Part shown: positions 1-6,666 of the stretch, piece by piece
Layout: every line of letters starts with the position of its first letter
Position numbering within the stretch: the first letter of the stretch is position 1
NCBI GenBank assembly: GCA_964408425.1
Contig: CAYOZI010000004.1
Location: forward strand, 1-47,327
Length of the DNA stretch: 47,327 nt
Reading direction: 5' to 3'
Source: Candidatus Micrarchaeota archaeon
Lineage (GTDB): Archaea > Micrarchaeota > Micrarchaeia > Norongarragalinales > Norongarragalinaceae
Position numbers and translations under genes: made by a program
The notes under the pieces: model-generated
Database searches by the model: none
What the model saw: only the letters and a program-made list of their open reading frames with translations
Told to the model about the DNA's origin: nothing

Positions 1-513
1 CAGCTCGAGCGCGAGTTGAAGAGACGTAACGTTCACGACGCGTTCTTCGGCTTCACCTTGACGGATATTCTCTCGAAAATATTGAAGCTGCTCACCCTGG
101 CGGTATTTCTGGGTATAGCGGCTGAAGTAACGAGCCTGGTGTTCCTGGGAACGCTGGTAACGTGGTTCGTCGCTTACGTGCCGTTGTTCGTGCAGGGTGT
201 CGCAATCCTCCTCATAGGAATGCTTGCGGCTGATTACTTGACGGACACGATAAAGAAAGCATCCCTGCCATTCAGAAACCTGATAGGCTGGGTTCTCGAG
301 GCTTTCATCATCTACACGGCAATCGTCATCGCCCTGCCTCTGTTCCTCCCGAACGCCGACGCCTCGATCTTGAGGTTCGCATTCCTCCTGTTGCTCGGAG
401 CCGTGGCATTGGCATTCGGGTTGGGAATGGCCATAGCAATAGGCTTGGGAATGAAGGACTCGGTCATGCGCGTCGCAAAGAAGAAGGAAGGCGACCTGGA
501 AAAACTCGTGTAG
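1..513 (+). CDS. Multi-pass membrane protein, 5'-partial; resembles conserved TM-helix repeat proteins associated with small mechanosensitive channels
   Basis: ORF 16..513; the frame stays open back to nt 1 (QLERE precedes the TTG the track used as a start). About 4-5 hydrophobic helices followed by a charged C-terminal tail (KKKEGDLEKLV). Family assignment is from sequence feel only. Confidence 0.5.
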   Translation, partial: QLERELKRRNVHDAFFGFTLTDILSKILKLLTLAVFLGIAAEVTSLVFLGTLVTWFVAYVPLFVQGVAILLIGMLAADYLTDTIKKASLPFRNLIGWVLEAFIIYTAIVIALPLFLPNADASILRFAFLLLLGAVALAFGLGMAIAIGLGMKDSVMRVAKKKEGDLEKLV

Positions 514-514
514 A

Positions 515-572
515 GTTTTTCCCCTCTTTTCTTTTTTCCCCTTCTTTTTAGTTTTTTTATTTTTTTCTCTTA
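515..572 (+). terminator. Oligo-T rich intergenic tract downstream of the first CDS (archaeal-type terminator candidate)
   Basis: Several T5-T7 runs (ttttttcccc, tttttag, ttttttt, tttttttct) lie directly after the stop codon at 511-513. Confidence 0.4.
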
Positions 573-583
573 TCCCTATGCTC

Positions 584-1285
584 TTAAAACTCGCCCAGCT
601 TAGACTGCCCGGCGGGAGCGTGGTTCTTGCGTATGGTGCTCCACTCGTGCCTCAAGAACTCCTTCACTTCAGGCCTGTCGAAGTTTTTCTTCAGGAATTC
701 CACTGTTTTCGGGTCGTGGGTGTAACCGCTTCCGAAATCCCCTATTTTTTCATGCAAACTTTCAATCTGCCTGTCCCTCAACACCTTGGCTATTATCGAT
801 GCTGCGGAAACCACCGGATAATTGGCGTCCGCCTTGTTTTCGCATACCAATTCCATCTTGTGAGAGAAAAACTTCCTTATCCTCTTTTCAAACTTCGATG
901 GAACGGAATCCGGCGAGTCGATGTAAACCTTGGAAGGTTTGGACTTGAGCCTGGATAAAGCGTCCGCGGCCATCGCCGCCTCTATCGTGTTCAGGGAGAC
1001 TTTCTTCCTCATCAATTCTGTGATTTGGACTGCCGTGTATTCGACGACGGCGTTCTCCCAGCCGCGGGTTTTGGTCAGCGTGTCGAAAAGCCGCTCGCGC
1101 TGTAGCGGAGAAAGCATTTTCGAGTCCTTTACCCCGAGAGACCGCAATTCCTTTTCCGCTTCCTTGGGCGCGGAAAAAGCGCATAAGAATAACCCCCCGA
1201 AGACGCAGCCTTTTGGCTGAAATCAAACCGTAAGCTTGATTTCTCTGCCAGCCTCGTCTACGCCAGCTATTCTCGTTCTTTCCAT
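584..1285 (-). CDS. rnhB: Ribonuclease HII, coding sequence interrupted by a 33-nt in-frame insert that carries a TGA
   Basis: The ORF track shows only 584..1147: GVKDSKMLSP, DSPD, ADANYPVVSAASIIAKV, GDFGSGYTHDP. Hand translation upstream in the same frame gives MERTRIAGVDEAGR (ATG at 1283-1285), then EIKLTV-TGA-FQPK, then GCVFGGLFLCAF. Removing the 33 nt restores the canonical archaeal IAGxDEAG[KR]GCVxGPL N-terminus. Confidence 0.85.
1212..1244 (-). other. Candidate BHB (archaeal-type) intron inside the rnhB coding sequence
   Basis: mRNA sense: UGGC[aga]GAAAUCAA-gcuuacggu-UUGAUUUC-a-GCCA[aaa]ggcug. The 4-bp helix UGGC/GCCA is flanked by 3-nt bulges on opposite strands, next to an 8-bp intron helix. 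Cutting after the 2nd bulge nt on each side joins ...GGC AG|A GGC UGC..., which reads AGRGCV. Confidence 0.6.
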
Positions 1286-1341
1286 TGATACACCACTCCG
1301 AGAAACAATAATATAATGTGCGATATAAAATGTGTTTTACC

Positions 1342-1498
1342 GGGGTCATGGTATAGTGGCATTACGGCAGGCTCCAGAATCTTGAATGATTGAGCCTTCG
1401 GGCAGTGATTAGGAAAAATTGTTCTGGAGCTCTGAATTGATGAAGAGCGGAAAAGGCGAAGAAACCTGCAGATCGGAGTTCGATTCTCCGTGACCCCA
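1342..1498 (+). tRNA. tRNA-Trp(CCA) with an 86-nt intron at the canonical 37/38 position
   Basis: Acceptor stem GGGGTCA/TGACCCC, discriminator A. Anticodon stem GCAGG (1367-71) / CCTGC (1465-69). Anticodon loop CT-CCA-GA. T arm CGGAG-TTCGATT-CTCCG. Intron is about 1378..1463. Confidence 0.9.
1378..1463 (+). ncRNA. Box C/D-like guide RNA embedded in the tRNA-Trp intron
   Basis: CUGA box at 1432-1435 and UGAUGA at 1438-1443, plus AUGAUUG and GUGAUUA variants further 5'. The 11 nt directly upstream of CUGA (GUUCUGGAGCU, 1421-1431) pair with 1370-1380 of the same pre-tRNA. The 5th nt upstream of CUGA pairs with C34 (nt 1374). Confidence 0.65.
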
Positions 1499-1546
1499 CC
1501 TCTTTCTTCAAACTTTCCCTAGTCCCTTCCAAAGCCACCATAAGCC

Positions 1547-1554
1547 TTTAAATA
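1547..1554 (+). promoter_or_regulatory. TATA box (TTTAAATA) for the giant surface-protein gene; leaderless or near-leaderless transcript
   Basis: TTTAAATA lies 24-30 nt upstream of the GTG (1578) / ATG (1584) start. Confidence 0.45.
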
Positions 1555-1577
1555 CTCCCTACTGCAGAGTAGTAACA

Positions 1578-4500
1578 GTGATTATGGTGGGTTTGTCCAA
1601 CAAGCTTTTCTTACTAGCCGTTTTAGTCGGAGTGCTGGCTTTTGCAACCGGCACCCAAGCTTATTCCCAGCAGGGAATATGCAGTGCTAACGGAATTTCA
1701 ACGGGTTCGGACTGCGTTTTCAGGAACAGCCCTGAAACCATTCTGCCGGACGGTTCTTACTCTTACTCGTGCAACGCAGGAACTGCCAACGGACGGCTTG
1801 TCAGCAAATACCAGAACGGCTGCATCGGCACGACTTACTATGACTTTTCGGGCTCGTCTGCGAACATCCAAATCAAAAACAGGATTCTGACGGTGGGCGA
1901 TTACTGCGTGGCAGCGCCTACTTACAATTCTGTCCAGTGCGGTTACACCGACTATTCGGATTCAACCCCTTCGGACGGCGGTTATTACGATGCCGGCGAC
2001 ACGTACAACGATTATTCGACTGAAAACAATTACTACGACTATCCCGACGGAAGCGACTATTCTTCCTACGGCGGGTATTGCGGAAACGGGTATTGTGAGT
2101 ATGGAGAAAACGCGTGGAATTGCGCGCGGGACTGTTACAACCCGTTCGGCTCCCACTATTACTCTTCCTGCACCTTGAATTCGTTCCCTAGAAGCGTTTA
2201 TGCGGGGCAGTGGAGCGACATCGTCGTTACCTACACCGATTTGTTTTACTCCCCTTACACGATTCCCGTGAGCTGCGGAAACGGTTACGTTGCATACGCA
2301 TACGGTTCTTACGGGACTACGGGCACTTCGTTCGCCAGGTGTTATTATCCGAATGCGGGTTTGTACTACCAAACGGCTTACGCGGGCGGAATCGGTTGTA
2401 GCGCTTCTTTCGTACAGGTTTATCCCCAATCCACCACGCTTCCTCCTTCTAACGGGAATGACGGCAATGATGGAAACGGGGATAATGGGAATGGCGTTTC
2501 CCAAGCCCAGTGCTCGGTTATTTCCAACCCTGCCGAATTGACGCAGTCGGGCGTTTCAACAATCCGCGTTTATTACTCGGGCTTGAACAACGCGCCTGTG
2601 GGCGCGAGCGTCGCTTGCGGAGACGAGCCCGCGACCGTGAAGGAAGCTTCTTGTTCCAACGGCGTATGCACGACCCAATGCGCTTACACTCCCTCGAGAT
2701 TGCCTTATTACGCTGATGTGGATGTATTGCTGAAGGTTTCCTCGACCGATTCGTTGAGGTGCACTCCGGCTTTCGTCGCCATCAAAGCATCAACTCCTTC
2801 GGGAGACGGAAACGGTAACGATAACGGCAGCGGCAATAACAATAATGGAAACAGCAATGCCCCTGCTCCTGTTTCAAACCCCTCTTGCGCTATTCTTGCC
2901 AACCCGAATTCATTGCAGGACAACGGAACTTCGAAAATAACTGTTTTGTACCAGGATTTCGGAAACCAGAGCGTTCAAACCGCCAAGGTGTTTTGCGGAA
3001 ACCAGGCTGGTGAAGAGCCCAACGCCGCTTGCCCGGGCGGGGAGAACGGAATGTGCAATTCGGTTGATTGCGTTTATACCGCTCCTTCCGCTTATCCGAG
3101 GACTTTCAACGTGAGGGCCGCGATCGGAAGCGAGGTTTGCTCTTCGACTACAGTCACGCTTTACGGAAACAATCCTACCCCGCAGCCTCCGACTCCAGAG
3201 CAATTCGGCGGAATGGTGGTAACCGTTTCGGATTCATCCTCTTCCGCTCCGATAGCGAATGCTTTCGTCATCGTTTTCAAGAGCGGGGCGGCTGTTGATA
3301 CGGGTTTCACCGATTCTAATGGCGTAGTGAGCTTCACCGACTTGAAAGTGGGCGGTTATTCGCTTTCAGTTTCGAAAACAGGTTATTCTACCGCTTCCTC
3401 GACCGCGGCCGTTGCTGCGGATGAAAATTCGGGCGTTTCGATTTCCTTGTACAATGTTTTCGCCTCGCAATCTTGCGGCGTTTCACTGGTTTCTTCAATT
3501 GTCAAGCCAGACCAGATGACGGGAGTAAGAATAAATTACGACGGTTTTTCCTCGGCCCCTTCGGCAGTAGTGTCTTGCGATTCCAATGACGTTCCCGCTT
3601 CCTGTTCCAATCCGGTTAACGGAAAAGGCTCTTGCACCGCGCAGTGTTCTTTCGGAACTGAAAATTCTTATCCGCAAACCAAGCAGGTGAGCGGGTTTTT
3701 GAATTCAAACGTCGTTTGCTCTTCGGCTTTCGCCACGCTTAATGCGCCCGCTCCAACTCAAGCTACTCTCTTGACTAGGGTTTCGGAATGCGGTTCGGGC
3801 AAGGCGTTGCAAAGTGCAAGCGTTCTTGTGGACGGAACGACCCAATTGTATTCCGATTCTGACGGGGTCGCTTCTCTTTCCGTAGACCCGAATTCCGTTT
3901 ATACTATAGAAGTTTCAAAGAACGGTTTTGTTTCGGCTCAATTCACCGCCCAGGTTTTGGGTGCGGGAACGGGCGTTTCGAAAAGCGTTTGCCTGAACGC
4001 CATTCCGCAGAATGCGGTTCAGGACAATTGCGATTTCAATTCCGTTTTGATAAAAAGCCCCGTTTGCCCGTATTCAGTAACCCCGCAGCCTTACCAAGTG
4101 AAAATTTCCAGCAAAAACTCTACTGACAACATTACGGTTTCCATTCTCTATTCGACGAACGCCTTGACCGGCGCGTCGAGCGTCGTTTTGCTTCCGTTGC
4201 AACAGACTATCGTCGATTTCAATTCCACTTTGAGCGACGTGGTTGGAGCGAAGAACGCGATCGTTTCGTTCGCTTCGCAATCGTGCACTCGCAACATCGC
4301 CCTTCAAGCTTGTTCCAGCGGCGGCTTGACTCTCGAGATTCCTGAGAATTCGAAAACCGCCATAGCGGGCCAGGACGCTTGTTTCGACGTTTTGTTGAGA
4401 AACCGCGGTTTGGCGAGCGGAAAAGTAGTGATGACTTCCACTTCGAGCGACTCTTCGGTGACCGGAACGTTTTCGGAAAAGGAATTCACGATTTCCTCGC

Positions 4501-6638
4501 AGGAAACGAAGCAGCTGGAGTATTGCGTGAAAGCGCAGGGCAGCGGACAGAAGAGTTTCGTTTTGAACGCGGTCAGCGCGATGGGAGACGCTACCGCGAG
4601 CGCGGTTTTGACCATTCCCTCTTCGGCCAGCATTTCGACGAATGCCGGTTCCTGCATTTCGCTTGATGCCGATTCAACCGTTCAGAATGTGAATGTAGTT
4701 TTGACGAACAACGCGTTGGATGGCGACTACGTAGCGGAATTGATCGGTTTCGACGATCCGAATGAAGATGGCCTTCAGGCGCAGATAGTCCAGGACAAGA
4801 TTTACGATTTTGAAAAGGGAACGCTGAGGACTCTGGTGCTGAGGCTGAACCCGTTCAACTCCCAGGCTGGAGAGCACAGGTTCGACTTGCTTTTGAAGAA
4901 AGACGGGGTCGTTGCCATGCAGCAGAACATTTGTTTCGATATAGACGAAAACCGCAACCAGGCTGTTGCGTTAAACCCGTTGTCCCTGACGATTCAAGTG
5001 GGCAAGGCGGCTTCTTCGTTCTTGACCGTTGAAAACACGGGCAACATGAAGGTCACGTACTTCGTTTCCACTGCCGAAGACTTGCCCGTTCAAATATATC
5101 CCGACACTTTCTCGCTCGCGCCAGGAGAAAAGGAGGAAGTTGAAATCCAACTGACCACGCTCCAGTCGACCAGGCTGGGTTCTTACTCCATTCCGGTGCG
5201 CGTTGTTTCCAAAGCTAGCGAGGATGAAACTTATTCCGTAACCGTTTATTGCGGTAACGGCTTGAGCAAAACCGTCGCTTGCGAAGGCGGGGCCAACTCG
5301 TGCAGCGTTTCTTGCGACTACCAGAGCAACGGTTTGTATACGGTAACTTCTTCGATCGGAGGCGAGACTTGCGCTTCGACTCAAGTGCGCGTTGTCGAGA
5401 ACTATACCGATTCTTGTTATCTCTCGTTCAACCCCCAGGTGATAAAGCAGGATAATTACGCTGTTTTGACCGTGAACTACAGGGATTTGAGTGCTGGAGA
5501 GCAGGGCAACTTTACGTTGAATTGCGGCAACGGGCAGACTGCGGTAGTGCAGAATTGCGTTGGAAACACGGGCGCTTGCTCGGCGCAGTGCTATTACCCT
5601 GACGAGGGTTCTTTCGTAGCTTCCGCGCAGTCGGCGAATTATTCTTGTTCAACCGCCCAGATCGCGGTTGTGGACGACGGTTCCATTTGCAGGCTTTCCG
5701 CGCAGACGAACGTCCAGAGGAATACCGCTAATACGATAACCATGACTTACGACGTTTCCGAACTGCCTTCGGAAAGGGCGTTGTTGCTGGATTCCGTGAA
5801 AATGCTTGTCAACGTTGTCGCGGGCGCCCAGTCTTTCGAGCCCGAGGAATCAAGGAACATAATCGTTACCGCCCCCTCGTCTCTAGACCTACTGCCAGGT
5901 TCGACTGCATTATTGCCCATTACCGTGAAGAACAACGACCGTTTCGAGCTGAATACGGTGATCGTTTATTTGACGAACTTGCCTGCAGGCGTTTCGGTAA
6001 CCCAGCCTCCGGCGTTTTCGCTCGAGCCGGGCGCCAGCGCAACTCGCAACATTGTTTTGACCGCTTCGCAGGAAGCGCCGATCGCGTTGAGCACGGCGAG
6101 GATCAAGGTGGAATCGGGCGTTTTCGTAGCTCCGGACAAGAGCGTTGCCATAAACGTGCGCACTTCAACAGGCAAAGAGCTTTTGGTGTCCGAGGGAGAA
6201 CCGTCGTTCTCGTTCTCTTCAAAGGAAAACCTGACTGAAATAACCGTTTCCATTCCGGTTACGAACAACGAAAACACTGCCAGCGTGATAACAGCTTCGG
6301 CGGACTTGCCTCCTGGCTGGAGGTTCGGCTTTGCAGCCGTTTCATTGCAGCCTGGCCAGACGTCTTTGCTGGAGTTCAAACTTGTTTCCGAACAATATGA
6401 TGACAAGGAATTTGATGCCGTGATAAGGCTGCAGAATACTGAAAATAAGGTGAAGACCATTCCGCTGGCCATCCCCTCTAAGTCGAGCGCCAGCGGGTTG
6501 AGCGGCTTGTTCACCGCTTCTTCAACCACGGGCATAATCGTGCTGTTGCTGATAATCGGCATAGTGCTTGCGGGGTATTTCTTTTACAACTCGCGCGAAA
6601 CGCAGAAAAAGCTGACTGAAGATATTGAAAAGGATTAA
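1578..6638 (+). CDS. Giant secreted, C-terminally membrane-anchored surface protein (1686 aa) with repeated six-cysteine modules, CarboxypepD_reg-like domains and Ig/CARDB-like repeats
   Basis: Uninterrupted 5 kb ORF. N-terminal signal peptide (LFLLAVLVGVLAFATGTQA). At least 6 copies of a ~90-aa Cys-patterned module. Asn/Gly/Asp low-complexity linkers. Two MVVTVSD.../SECGSG... beta-sandwich segments. C-terminal TM helix plus a basic tail. Confidence 0.8.
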   Translation: MIMVGLSNKLFLLAVLVGVLAFATGTQAYSQQGICSANGISTGSDCVFRNSPETILPDGSYSYSCNAGTANGRLVSKYQNGCIGTTYYDFSGSSANIQIKNRILTVGDYCVAAPTYNSVQCGYTDYSDSTPSDGGYYDAGDTYNDYSTENNYYDYPDGSDYSSYGGYCGNGYCEYGENAWNCARDCYNPFGSHYYSSCTLNSFPRSVYAGQWSDIVVTYTDLFYSPYTIPVSCGNGYVAYAYGSYGTTGTSFARCYYPNAGLYYQTAYAGGIGCSASFVQVYPQSTTLPPSNGNDGNDGNGDNGNGVSQAQCSVISNPAELTQSGVSTIRVYYSGLNNAPVGASVACGDEPATVKEASCSNGVCTTQCAYTPSRLPYYADVDVLLKVSSTDSLRCTPAFVAIKASTPSGDGNGNDNGSGNNNNGNSNAPAPVSNPSCAILANPNSLQDNGTSKITVLYQDFGNQSVQTAKVFCGNQAGEEPNAACPGGENGMCNSVDCVYTAPSAYPRTFNVRAAIGSEVCSSTTVTLYGNNPTPQPPTPEQFGGMVVTVSDSSSSAPIANAFVIVFKSGAAVDTGFTDSNGVVSFTDLKVGGYSLSVSKTGYSTASSTAAVAADENSGVSISLYNVFASQSCGVSLVSSIVKPDQMTGVRINYDGFSSAPSAVVSCDSNDVPASCSNPVNGKGSCTAQCSFGTENSYPQTKQVSGFLNSNVVCSSAFATLNAPAPTQATLLTRVSECGSGKALQSASVLVDGTTQLYSDSDGVASLSVDPNSVYTIEVSKNGFVSAQFTAQVLGAGTGVSKSVCLNAIPQNAVQDNCDFNSVLIKSPVCPYSVTPQPYQVKISSKNSTDNITVSILYSTNALTGASSVVLLPLQQTIVDFNSTLSDVVGAKNAIVSFASQSCTRNIALQACSSGGLTLEIPENSKTAIAGQDACFDVLLRNRGLASGKVVMTSTSSDSSVTGTFSEKEFTISSQETKQLEYCVKAQGSGQKSFVLNAVSAMGDATASAVLTIPSSASISTNAGSCISLDADSTVQNVNVVLTNNALDGDYVAELIGFDDPNEDGLQAQIVQDKIYDFEKGTLRTLVLRLNPFNSQAGEHRFDLLLKKDGVVAMQQNICFDIDENRNQAVALNPLSLTIQVGKAASSFLTVENTGNMKVTYFVSTAEDLPVQIYPDTFSLAPGEKEEVEIQLTTLQSTRLGSYSIPVRVVSKASEDETYSVTVYCGNGLSKTVACEGGANSCSVSCDYQSNGLYTVTSSIGGETCASTQVRVVENYTDSCYLSFNPQVIKQDNYAVLTVNYRDLSAGEQGNFTLNCGNGQTAVVQNCVGNTGACSAQCYYPDEGSFVASAQSANYSCSTAQIAVVDDGSICRLSAQTNVQRNTANTITMTYDVSELPSERALLLDSVKMLVNVVAGAQSFEPEESRNIIVTAPSSLDLLPGSTALLPITVKNNDRFELNTVIVYLTNLPAGVSVTQPPAFSLEPGASATRNIVLTASQEAPIALSTARIKVESGVFVAPDKSVAINVRTSTGKELLVSEGEPSFSFSSKENLTEITVSIPVTNNENTASVITASADLPPGWRFGFAAVSLQPGQTSLLEFKLVSEQYDDKEFDAVIRLQNTENKVKTIPLAIPSKSSASGLSGLFTASSTTGIIVLLLIIGIVLAGYFFYNSRETQKKLTEDIEKD

Positions 6639-6666
6639 GCGCGGAAAAAAGAGGGGGTTTTGTGAA

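Noticed and set aside
1223-1225. In-frame TGA in rnhB as evidence of stop-codon reassignment (code 4/25) or selenocysteine
   Set aside because: All other long genes, including a 1686-codon ORF, are intact under the standard code, and TGA terminates at least one well-supported gene (GT2, 29228-30). The TGA lies inside an 11-codon insert that is absent from RNase HII homologues rather than at a conserved residue. RNase HII is not a selenoprotein.
2455-2860. Repetitive GGAAATGACGGCAATGATGGAAAC-type DNA as a possible tandem repeat or CRISPR-like array
   Set aside because: It is in-frame low-complexity coding sequence (GNDGNDGNGDNGNG and GDGNGNDNGSGNNNNGNSN linkers) inside the giant surface-protein ORF. 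No repeat-spacer architecture exists anywhere in the window.
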